A stretch of 64,000 nucleotides of DNA. Source: Candidatus Aenigmatarchaeota archaeon. GTDB lineage: Archaea; Aenigmatarchaeota; Aenigmatarchaeia; PWEA01. The stretch covers positions 3,898-67,897 of the forward strand of contig JBKHHD010000006.1 of assembly GCA_046539325.1 (NCBI GenBank), in the 5' to 3' direction. A program made the position numbers and the translations under genes. Below, in pieces: positions 32,340 through 40,688 of the stretch. Position 1 is the stretch's first letter. Each line of letters starts with the position of its first letter. The notes beneath the pieces were generated by a model. That model saw nothing but the letters and a program-made list of their open reading frames with translations, did no database searches and was not told where the DNA came from.

Positions 32340-34994
32340 ATGGAAACGGAAAAACTGAAGGAAATTGAAAGGAAGTGGCAGGAGAGATGGGAGGAGGAAG
32401 GTATATTTAAGGCCGAAGAAAACAGCCCTAAGGATAATTTTTACGCGCTCGACATGTATCCTTATCCTTCCGGATCAATGCACATGGGCCACGTTAGAAA
32501 CTACGCTCTCGGCGATGTAAATGCAAGGTTCAGAAGGATGCAAGGCTACAACGTACTGTATCCTATAGGATTCGATTCCTTCGGACTTCCTGCAGAGAAC
32601 GCAGCGATACAAAGAGGTAAAAATCCCAAAGACTGGACCGAATCGAATATAAAGAGCATAAAGGGTCAGATGAAGAGGCTGGGCTATTCCTTCGACTGGT
32701 CAAGAGAGATCGCTTCGCACAGAGAAAGCTACTACAGATGGGACCAGTGGATCTTCCTACAACTGTACAAAGAAGATCTGGTTTACAAGGACACGGAAGA
32801 GGTAAACTGGTGCCCTGGCTGTAAGACAGTTCTTGCAAACGAACAGGTAGTTAACAACAGATGTGAAAGATGTGACGCAGAGATTGAGAAGAAGAATCAG
32901 GAACAGTGGTTCTTCAAGATAACAGAATACGCAGACGAGCTTCTTGAAGGTCTGGAGGATATAGACTGGCCGAAGAAGGTCAAAAAGATGCAGGAGGACT
33001 GGATAGGAAGAAGCGAGGGCGTGGAATTGACCTTCGAACTTGCTGATAGGGATGATTCTCTGGAGGTATTTACCACGAGACCTGATACCCTGTTCGGATG
33101 CACATTTATGGCTCTGGCGCCTGAGCACCCGCTTTCGGAGGAACTGGCCGAGGAGAAAGAGGAAATAAGAAAGTTTGTGGACGAGATAAAGAAGCTCGAC
33201 GAAAAGGAACGCAAAGGCAAGAGAGGTATAGACACAGGGCTCAAGGCCGTAAATCCTGTAAACGGAGAGAAAATACCAATATACATAGCTGAGTTCGTGC
33301 TGATGGAATACGGTACTGGTGCGATAATGGCAGTGCCAGCACACGATCAGAGAGACTACGACTTCGCCAAGAAAAACGATATAGAAATAGTTAAGGTAAT
33401 CGAGCCAGAGGAAGGCCTGAAGGAACTGGAAGAGGCCTATACAGAAGAAGGTGTCCTTGTAAACTCAGGCCGTTTCAACGGCCTCAAAAACGAAAAGGCC
33501 AAAGAGGAAATAACAGAATACCTCAGAGAGAAGGACAAAGCAAAGGAGACAGTAAACTATAAGCTCAAGGACTGGAACGTATCCAGGCAAAGATACTGGG
33601 GCTGCCCGATACCTATCGTATACTGTGATAACTGTGGCGAGGTCCCTGTTCCAGAGGAGGATCTTCCTGTAAAGCTTCCTGAAGAAGACGTTGCCATAGA
33701 TGTAAAAGGCAGTCCACTGGAACACGTACAAGAGTTCGTACAGGTAAAATGTCCTCAATGTGGCGGCGAAGCAAGGAGGGAAACCGATACATTCGACACA
33801 TTTGTCGACTCTGCTTGGTACTTCCTGAGATTCTGTTCTCCACGCTACGAAGAAGGGCCATTCGATCCCGAAAGAGCTCGCTCCTGGATGCCTGTGGACC
33901 AGTACACAGGTGGCATAGAGCATGCTGTTCTACATCTACTATACGCAAGGTTCTTCACGAAGGCGCTCTCGGACCTTGGGCTCCTGGAGTTCAGGGAGCC
34001 CTTCAAGAGGCTGCTAAACCAGGGAATGGTGCTCTTGGACGGAGAGAAGATGTCAAAGTCGAAAGGAAACGTGGTGCGTCCAAGTGAAATAATAGAAGAC
34101 TACGGCGCAGATGTAGGAAGGTTCTTCATACTCTCGAGAAGCTCACCGGAAAGGGAAATGAACTGGACCTCCGAAGGTGTTGAATCTGCATATAAGGCCC
34201 TGAGGAGATTCTATAACTTATACGAGGCTGTCTATGAAATTAGCGAAAGCCATGGAAAGGTCGAAGAATTAGAGGACAGATACTATCTATCCACACTTCA
34301 CAGATCAGTGAAAGAGATGACAGAAAGAATGGAAAATATGGAGTATAGCTACGCAGCCGACGTACTCGACGGCCTTGTATCCAAGGGCTCTAAATACCTA
34401 AAAGAAGGAAACGGGAAGGCCAAAAAACAGGTCTTAGGCGAATACATAGAGAAGCTCGTACGTATGTTTGCTCCCTTTACACCTCATCTTTCCGAGGAAC
34501 TATGGGAAGAGATGGGAAGAGAAGGTTTTGTTTCGACGGCAGACTGGCCGGAAGCTGAGAAGGATAAGATAGACAAGGAAGCAGAGGCCGCCATGGAACT
34601 GTTTGGTAGCATGAAGAAGGATATAAGAGAGATAGAGAAGATAACAAGCATAGAGGACCCGGATGAGATAAAGGTTATAGTTGCAGCGCCGTGGAAATAC
34701 AAGCTTTACGAGAAAGCTTTCGAAGGACAGGAGCTATCGAAAATAATGCAGGACGAGGAGATAAGGAGTAAAGGTGACAAGGCAGCGAGCTACTTTCAGG
34801 AGCTGAGCAAAGAGCACGAGCTGGAGGAACTGGTCCTTGATTCACAGAGCGAGGCGAAGAACCTCAAAGAAGTTAAGGATAAGATAGAAGAGGAGTTCGA
34901 AGCTGAGGTTGTAGTTGAAAAGGAGGGGGAAAGCAACGAGGTGAAGGCAGGCAAGGCGAGGCCTGAGAAACCAGCTATAGTTCTCAAGGACTGA
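32340..34994 (+). CDS. leuS: leucyl-tRNA synthetase, bacterial-type sequence
   Basis: YPYPSGSMHMGHVRNY, PIGFDSFGLPAENAA, WCPGCKTVLANEQV..RCERC..QWFFKITEYADELL, KMSKSKGN; collinear with E. coli LeuS as I recall it. Confidence 0.93.
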   Translation: METEKLKEIERKWQERWEEEGIFKAEENSPKDNFYALDMYPYPSGSMHMGHVRNYALGDVNARFRRMQGYNVLYPIGFDSFGLPAENAAIQRGKNPKDWTESNIKSIKGQMKRLGYSFDWSREIASHRESYYRWDQWIFLQLYKEDLVYKDTEEVNWCPGCKTVLANEQVVNNRCERCDAEIEKKNQEQWFFKITEYADELLEGLEDIDWPKKVKKMQEDWIGRSEGVELTFELADRDDSLEVFTTRPDTLFGCTFMALAPEHPLSEELAEEKEEIRKFVDEIKKLDEKERKGKRGIDTGLKAVNPVNGEKIPIYIAEFVLMEYGTGAIMAVPAHDQRDYDFAKKNDIEIVKVIEPEEGLKELEEAYTEEGVLVNSGRFNGLKNEKAKEEITEYLREKDKAKETVNYKLKDWNVSRQRYWGCPIPIVYCDNCGEVPVPEEDLPVKLPEEDVAIDVKGSPLEHVQEFVQVKCPQCGGEARRETDTFDTFVDSAWYFLRFCSPRYEEGPFDPERARSWMPVDQYTGGIEHAVLHLLYARFFTKALSDLGLLEFREPFKRLLNQGMVLLDGEKMSKSKGNVVRPSEIIEDYGADVGRFFILSRSSPEREMNWTSEGVESAYKALRRFYNLYEAVYEISESHGKVEELEDRYYLSTLHRSVKEMTERMENMEYSYAADVLDGLVSKGSKYLKEGNGKAKKQVLGEYIEKLVRMFAPFTPHLSEELWEEMGREGFVSTADWPEAEKDKIDKEAEAAMELFGSMKKDIREIEKITSIEDPDEIKVIVAAPWKYKLYEKAFEGQELSKIMQDEEIRSKGDKAASYFQELSKEHELEELVLDSQSEAKNLKEVKDKIEEEFEAEVVVEKEGESNEVKAGKARPEKPAIVLKD

Positions 34995-35039
34995 AGCTTA
35001 GTTTTATAAGTTTAGCGCCTGTATTCTTGGTAGGATAAT

Positions 35040-35717
35040 ATGAAAGAAGGTGACGTTATAACACTGGACTATATAGGCAGGATAAAGGAGTCCGGCGAAC
35101 TGTTCGACACTACAAAGAGAGAAGTTGCAGAGGAAGAGGACGCAGTAAACGAAAGGGCAAAATACGAGCCGGTTAAGATTATAGTAGGTGCGGAGATGGT
35201 CGTCGAAGGTCTCGATGAGAAGTTGAAGAAACTTGAAGTAGGCGATAAAGAGGAGGTCGAGGTTCCTCCTGAAAAGGCCTTCGGTGAGAGGAAAGGTGAT
35301 CTGATAAAGACGTTCTCCGAAAACAAGTTCAAGGATCAGGAAATGAATCCTTATCCTGGAATGCGCGTCACCATAGACCAACAGGTTGGAAGGGTTCTTT
35401 CAGTTAACTCAGGCCGTGTAAGAGTAGATATGAACCATCCCCTTGCAGGCAGAACACTGAACTACGACCTGGAGATAAAGGAAAAGATAGAAGGCGATGA
35501 AGAAAAGGTAAAGGCGGTCGGTGGTTACTACCTTGGCGAGGAGCCAGACGTTGAGATAGATGATGCGGAAGCAACTATAGAAGTTCCTGAGGAGGCAAAC
35601 GAACGGATACTTGAAGAGATCAAGGAGAAGGTTGAAGAGTTCTTAGAAGTGAAGAACGTAAGCTTCAAGGAGGTCGAGAAGGATGAAAATGAAGGAGAAG
35701 TTGAAGAATCTCAGTAA
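35040..35717 (+). CDS. FKBP-type peptidyl-prolyl isomerase (SlyD-like with IF insert) and acidic tail
   Basis: DVITLDYIGR..GELFDTT, NHPLAGRTLNYDLEI. Confidence 0.85.
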   Translation: MKEGDVITLDYIGRIKESGELFDTTKREVAEEEDAVNERAKYEPVKIIVGAEMVVEGLDEKLKKLEVGDKEEVEVPPEKAFGERKGDLIKTFSENKFKDQEMNPYPGMRVTIDQQVGRVLSVNSGRVRVDMNHPLAGRTLNYDLEIKEKIEGDEEKVKAVGGYYLGEEPDVEIDDAEATIEVPEEANERILEEIKEKVEEFLEVKNVSFKEVEKDENEGEVEESQ

Positions 35718-35967
35718 AAGGGATAAGGCAATAGTGGCTTTCTGGATAGTTCTCTTTGCAGTTCTTTTGTTTCAATTTCTTAGAGTTCCGAGGTCTGAGC
35801 TTGAGGAACAGTGCGCGGAGTTTACAAGGCAAAACGGCTGTATGGAGGGCGAAGAGATACAGAGTATGGAATCAGGACAAAGGCTTTACGAGCTTATCGA
35901 AGGTACAGCATACGACAACCCCAAGGAAGCATGTGGTTGTGTAACCGACAATATTACTGATCCGTAA
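35683..35967 (+). CDS. small membrane-anchored Cys-containing protein
   Basis: One TM (IVAFWIVLFAVLLF) and 4 Cys; overlaps the FKBP 3' end by 35 nt, start uncertain. Confidence 0.4.
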   Translation: MKMKEKLKNLSKRDKAIVAFWIVLFAVLLFQFLRVPRSELEEQCAEFTRQNGCMEGEEIQSMESGQRLYELIEGTAYDNPKEACGCVTDNITDP

Positions 35968-36151
35968 CATTCACGTTCCTCATACAAAAACTTTAAATAC
36001 CTTTAAGTTTCTTATTTTGTGTATAAAGCCAGTCAGAGCCTCCAAAGTATAAAAGGGGCTCTCAGAGGCTTTATTTGACTCATTTGACATCAAACGTATC
36101 ATTTTTAGCTGAAATGTTGTTTTAAAAGGAAATTATGTGGAGGTGACATAC

Positions 36152-37264
36152 ATGGCAGAAGCAAAAGAAATTCAATCACAGGATGAGGATATATCTCAGC
36201 CAGAACCAGAACTCGATCACGAGGCTGACGAGGACCTCAAGGAAATTCTTGAGTCGAGGAAAGCAGAGATCAAGGTAGCCGGTGTTGGAGGTGCCGGAGG
36301 AAACACAATCTCAAGGATGACACAGGTAGGAATTGTCGGTGCTGAATCCATAGCTGTAAATACAGACGCACAGGATCTTCTCTACACAGACGCCGACGAA
36401 AAGCTTCTCATTGGAAGAGAAATTACACAGGGACTAGGAGCTGGCGCAGAGCCGGAAATAGGTGAAGAAGCAGCCGAAGAGTCCAAACAGGATATAAAGG
36501 AGAAGCTCGAAGGGAGTGACATGGTTTTCGTTACGTGTGGTCTCGGTGGTGGAACAGGAACAGGAGCCGCTCCGGTTGTTGCACAAACTGCACAGAAGCT
36601 TGGTGCTCTGACAGTAGGAATTGTAACGCTTCCTTTCACGATGGAAGGTAAGCAGAGGCGTTCCAACGCAAGAAGAGGTCTAGAAAGGCTTGAAAACGCA
36701 GTGGACACTCTTATCGTGATTCCAAACGACAAGTTGCTGGAAATTGTTCCAGACGTTTCAGTGACTACTGCTTTCAAGGTAGCCGACGAGATACTAGTGA
36801 ACGCTGTAAAGGGCATCGCGGAGCTTGTAACCAAGCCTGGTCTTGTGAACCTGGACTTCGCTGACATCAAGGCAGTTATGAAGAGCGGTGGACTAGCGAT
36901 GATAGGTATGGGAGAATCCGACACGGAGAACAGGTCGCTTGAAGCTGTAGAGAAGGCATTGACCAATCCTCTGCTGGACGTAGACATAGAAGGAGCCGAC
37001 GGCGCACTGATCAACGTTACAGGAGGTCCTGACAGCACAATCAGCGAGGCACAGGAAATTGTCGAAGCAGTCTCAAACAAGCTTTCCGACGAAGCAAAGG
37101 TCATCTGGGGTTCACAGATCGTAGAGGAACTAGGTGAGTCCATAAGGACGATGCTAATCGTCACGGGCGTCAAGTCCTCACAGATCTACGGCCCGAAAAA
37201 GAAGTACAGTGAAGAGAAGCAGAGAGAGATCGAAGAGATCCTCGGAATCGAGTTCGTAGAGTAG
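36152..37264 (+). CDS. ftsZ: cell division GTPase FtsZ
   Basis: GVGGAGGNTISRM, GLGGGTGTGAAPVVA tubulin signature; ATG 36152 lies 5 nt after GGAGGTGA and is preferred over GTG 36137. Confidence 0.95.
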   Translation: MAEAKEIQSQDEDISQPEPELDHEADEDLKEILESRKAEIKVAGVGGAGGNTISRMTQVGIVGAESIAVNTDAQDLLYTDADEKLLIGREITQGLGAGAEPEIGEEAAEESKQDIKEKLEGSDMVFVTCGLGGGTGTGAAPVVAQTAQKLGALTVGIVTLPFTMEGKQRRSNARRGLERLENAVDTLIVIPNDKLLEIVPDVSVTTAFKVADEILVNAVKGIAELVTKPGLVNLDFADIKAVMKSGGLAMIGMGESDTENRSLEAVEKALTNPLLDVDIEGADGALINVTGGPDSTISEAQEIVEAVSNKLSDEAKVIWGSQIVEELGESIRTMLIVTGVKSSQIYGPKKKYSEEKQREIEEILGIEFVE

Positions 37265-37397
37265 TCCTTCCGGTTGTGGGGTACTGGAGGACAAACCCCT
37301 CTTCCTATCTATTTTTATTTATCCTGTATTTTCCCTGAACCAATAGACAATTTTTTAAAGGTTGGGTTATATTAAGAATTGGACATAGAGTGATAAG

Positions 37398-37571
37398 ATG
37401 TCAATAAAGTCTTTCCTGAAAAGCTGCAGTAGGGTACTGAAGGTAGCTACAAAGCCTTCTAGGGAAGAGTTTTGGCAGACGGCGAAGGTGACAGCTATAG
37501 GAATACTTTTGATAGGAGCAATAGGCTTCAGCATCTTCTTGCTCTTTCAGGTTCCAGGATTAATAGGGTGA
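37398..37571 (+). CDS. secE: preprotein translocase subunit SecE (Sec61-gamma)
   Basis: Not in the ORF track (57 aa). MSIKSFLKSCSRVLKVATKPSREEFWQTAKVTAIGILLIGAIGFSIFLLFQVPGLIG*; conserved KPxxxEF..AKVTAxGI pattern and the classic position before spt5-rpl11. Confidence 0.85.
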   Translation: MSIKSFLKSCSRVLKVATKPSREEFWQTAKVTAIGILLIGAIGFSIFLLFQVPGLIG

Positions 37572-37575
37572 AACT

Positions 37576-38016
37576 ATGGCTCTGATAACATTAAAGACGA
37601 CTATAGGACGCGAATCCACTGTAATGAACGATATACAGGAAAGGGTGAAGTCTGAAGGATACGATATAAAGGCTATGGTTCATCCTGGCGAGCTCGACGG
37701 CTACGTTATAATTGAAGGTAGAGAAGGGGATATAAGGAAGATCATAAGGAATACAAGACATGCGAAAGGTATAATATCCGACGACGTTGAAATGAACGAG
37801 ATAAATCAGTTCCTCGAATCCGACGAGATAGAGATAGAAGTTGAGAGAGGAGATATAGTTGAAGTTGTAGGAGGTCCATTTAAAGGTGAGAAAGGTAAAG
37901 TAACAAGGGTTGACGAAGCGAACTCTGAGGTGACCCTTGAGCTGCTCGAGGCTACGGTTCCTATACCGGTTACAGTTGGAGTAGGTTCGGTAAAGATACA
38001 GGAAAGTGGTGAATGA
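37576..38016 (+). CDS. spt5: transcription elongation factor Spt5 (NusG)
   Basis: NGN domain plus KOW motif GDIVEVVGGPFKGEKGKV. Confidence 0.9.
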   Translation: MALITLKTTIGRESTVMNDIQERVKSEGYDIKAMVHPGELDGYVIIEGREGDIRKIIRNTRHAKGIISDDVEMNEINQFLESDEIEIEVERGDIVEVVGGPFKGEKGKVTRVDEANSEVTLELLEATVPIPVTVGVGSVKIQESGE

Positions 38017-38774
38017 TTATGGCTGAAATAAACGCACTTGTCGATGCTGGAAACGTTTCTGCAGGACCGCCGTTAGGTCCACAGCTAGGTCCCTTAGGAG
38101 TTGATATAGGGCAGATAGTTTCCGAGATAAATGAAAAGACGAAAGACTTCGAAGGCATGGAGATACCTGTAACTGTAAAGGTAGATGAGGATACTAACGA
38201 ATTCGAGATAGAGGTGGGCACACCGCCAACAGCCGCGATGATAAGGGAGGAGGTAGAGCTGGAGGCTCTCTCGTCACATCCAAAGGATGAGAAGGTCGCG
38301 GACATGTTTATAGAACAATGTATAAAGATAGCAAAGTCCAAGCTACCTGACCTCAACTGCTCGGAGCTTAAATCAGCTGTCAAGCAGGTAGTTGGAACCT
38401 GTGTTTCCGCGGGCGTAATGGTAGAGGACAAGGACCCTAAGGAAGTTCTTGTAGAGATAGACGAAGGCAAATACGACGAAGAAATAGAAAACGAAAAGAC
38501 AGAGCTCACAGAAGAAGAGAAGGAAGAAATCAGGAAGAAGAGGGAAGAACTACAGGAACAGATGGAAGAAAGGGAAGAAGAATACAGAGAGAAGGCAGAG
38601 GAGATACTTGCTCAGATCGAACAAGAAGAGGAGGAGGAAGAGGAAGAGTTCGACAGGGACGAAAAGGTCAGCAGACTGGAAGCAGAGGATATACCTTACG
38701 AGATAATAGTCGAATACCTACCGGAAGAAGAGGAAGAGGAGGAAGAAGAAGGATCAGAAGAGGAAGAGGCTTAG
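38013..38774 (+). CDS. rpl11: 50S ribosomal protein L11 (uL11) with ~95-aa Glu-rich C-terminal extension
   Basis: AGPPLGPQLGPLGV core; the normal end is near IDEGKYDEEI (aa ~157), then EKTELTEEEKEE...EEEEEEEEEGSEEEEA. Confidence 0.9.
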   Translation: MIMAEINALVDAGNVSAGPPLGPQLGPLGVDIGQIVSEINEKTKDFEGMEIPVTVKVDEDTNEFEIEVGTPPTAAMIREEVELEALSSHPKDEKVADMFIEQCIKIAKSKLPDLNCSELKSAVKQVVGTCVSAGVMVEDKDPKEVLVEIDEGKYDEEIENEKTELTEEEKEEIRKKREELQEQMEEREEEYREKAEEILAQIEQEEEEEEEEFDRDEKVSRLEAEDIPYEIIVEYLPEEEEEEEEEGSEEEEA

Positions 38775-38814
38775 ATTTAAATAGTTTAATAAGTATTGGA
38801 CTTTCATCCGTTCA

Positions 38815-38836
38815 CTACCGTCGGTTCTGACGGTAG
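38815..38836 (+). promoter_or_regulatory. 8-bp hairpin abutting the rpl1 Shine-Dalgarno (possible translational operator)
   Basis: CTACCGTC-GGTTCT-GACGGTAG followed immediately by GAGGTG and ATG 38848. Confidence 0.3.
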
Positions 38837-38847
38837 GAGGTGGAATC

Positions 38848-39483
38848 ATGGACACAGAAGACGTAATCGAGAAAGTAGAAGGTCTTAAAGAAGATAGCGA
38901 CGAGAGGAATTTTCTTCAGACAGTCGACCTTATAGTCAACCTCTACGACATAGACCTTTCGGATCCGGAAAACAGATTTTCCACAGATATAATACTCCCA
39001 CATGGAAGGGGCAAGGATGTTCAGGTGTGTGTTATAGCGGACTCTAAAACAACAGAAGCTAAGAAGCTTGACGTAAATCTTATTACAAAAGACGATCTCG
39101 AGGACCTGGAAGGCAACATGGACGAGGCGAAGAAGATAGCCGAGGAGAACGACATCTTCCTCGGTGAAGCTCCTCTCATGCCAAAGATAGGTGAGGTTAT
39201 GGGTCCTGTTTTAGGTCCAAGGGGTAAGATGCCCAGTCCCTTCAAGCCTGGCGACAACCTAGGAGAAATATTAAAGAAGAGGAGGAACTCTCTGAACGTA
39301 AAGGTAGGCGAGAACAGAACTCTGCATTTCCCTGTAGCCACAGAGGAGATGCCGGCAGACAAGATAGAGGAAAATGTAAGAGCTGTTATGGATGAAATTG
39401 AAGGGAATCTTCCAAAGGGTCCTAAGCAAATAGGATCGGCTTATCTCAAACTTACTATGTCAAGTCCTGTGAGGTTGATATAA
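38848..39483 (+). CDS. rpl1: 50S ribosomal protein L1 (uL1)
   Basis: FLQTVDLIVNL, LPHGRGK, GPRGKMP motifs. Confidence 0.92.
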   Translation: MDTEDVIEKVEGLKEDSDERNFLQTVDLIVNLYDIDLSDPENRFSTDIILPHGRGKDVQVCVIADSKTTEAKKLDVNLITKDDLEDLEGNMDEAKKIAEENDIFLGEAPLMPKIGEVMGPVLGPRGKMPSPFKPGDNLGEILKKRRNSLNVKVGENRTLHFPVATEEMPADKIEENVRAVMDEIEGNLPKGPKQIGSAYLKLTMSSPVRLI

Positions 39484-40325
39484 TGATAAGGGAATGGAAA
39501 AAGAAGGACGTAGAAGAAATGAAAGAACTTCTTAACGAGAATCCGGTGGTCGGAGTTACCAGTATGTACAAGATCCCTGCTCCACAGCTACAGGACATAA
39601 GGAAGGATCTTCACGGTAAAGCAAAGATAAGGATGTCAAGGAAGACTCTTATGAAGAGAGCTCTTGAGGAGTCCGACAGAGAGGATATTGAGGACCTGAA
39701 GGAACACCTTAAAGGTGAGTCCGCTTTCATATTCACAGAGATGAATCCCTTCAAACTTTACTCATACCTACAGGAAAACAAGAGCTCTGCTCCTGCAAAG
39801 GCCGGCGATATAGCCCCTAATGATATTGTAGTAAACGAGGGTGGAACGGGAATAGATCCTGGTCCAGCTATAGGAAAGCTTCAGAACGCAGGCCTCAAGA
39901 CCTCGATAGACGAAGGTGAGATAAAGATAGTTCAGGAAAGTGTGGTTGCGGAGCAAGGAGATGAGATAAGCCACGAAGAGGCGGAAGCTCTGAAGATGCT
40001 TGACATGGAGCCGATGGAGATAGGCCTAAGCATAAAGGCTGTCTGGGAAGGCGGAAACGTATTCATGCCGAAGGACCTTGATATAGATATTGAAGAGCAC
40101 AAGGAGAAGATGAAGGCTGCTTACCAGAGAGCAATGAACCTATCTGTAAACGCTGGTTATGTAACCGAAGAAAACATCGAAATATTGCTATCTAAAGCAT
40201 GGAGAAAGGCCAAAGCACTGGCACTCGAAAGCGAGTACCCGACAGAAGAAAATATAGGAGAGATGTTGAGAATGACCCAATCAAAAACAAAATCATTAAA
40301 ATCAAAGGTAGAGGAGGTGTCTTAA
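39483..40325 (+). CDS. rplP0: ribosomal stalk protein P0 (uL10), short form lacking the acidic C-terminal tail
   Basis: uL10 N-domain plus archaeal domain II; ends ..[20 protein letters not shown] with no E-rich/GLGxLF tail. Confidence 0.88.
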   Translation: MIREWKKKDVEEMKELLNENPVVGVTSMYKIPAPQLQDIRKDLHGKAKIRMSRKTLMKRALEESDREDIEDLKEHLKGESAFIFTEMNPFKLYSYLQENKSSAPAKAGDIAPNDIVVNEGGTGIDPGPAIGKLQNAGLKTSIDEGEIKIVQESVVAEQGDEISHEEAEALKMLDMEPMEIGLSIKAVWEGGNVFMPKDLDIDIEEHKEKMKAAYQRAMNLSVNAGYVTEENIEILLSKAWRKAKALALESEYPTEENIGEMLRMTQSKTKSLKSKVEEVS

Positions 40326-40326
40326 G

Positions 40327-40641
40327 ATGGAGTACGTACAGTCTGCAATGCTCCTTCACTCAGCAGGCAAAGAGATAACAGAAGATAGTGTAACAGAGGT
40401 CCTTGAAGCAGCAGGCGTTGAAGTAGACGAAACAAGAGTAAAGTCCTTGGTAGCGGCGCTCGAAGACGTAGACATAGAAGAAGCTATTGAAAGTGCAGCA
40501 GTGCCTGCAGGAGGCGCACCAGCACCTGAAGCTTCCGAAGAAGAGGGTGAAGAAGAAGGCGAAGAGGAAGAAGAGGAGCCTGAGGACGAAGGCAGCTCAG
40601 AAGAAGCAGAAGAAGGACTAGGAAGCCTGTTCGAGGAATAA
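40327..40641 (+). CDS. rpl12: ribosomal stalk protein P1 (aL12)
   Basis: [19 protein letters not shown].., acidic linker, C-terminal [10 protein letters not shown]. Confidence 0.92.
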   Translation: MEYVQSAMLLHSAGKEITEDSVTEVLEAAGVEVDETRVKSLVAALEDVDIEEAIESAAVPAGGAPAPEASEEEGEEEGEEEEEEPEDEGSSEEAEEGLGSLFEE

Positions 40642-40688
40642 AAACCAGAACGTTTATTTTCTCTTATTTGTAATTATAGTTGATTGCT

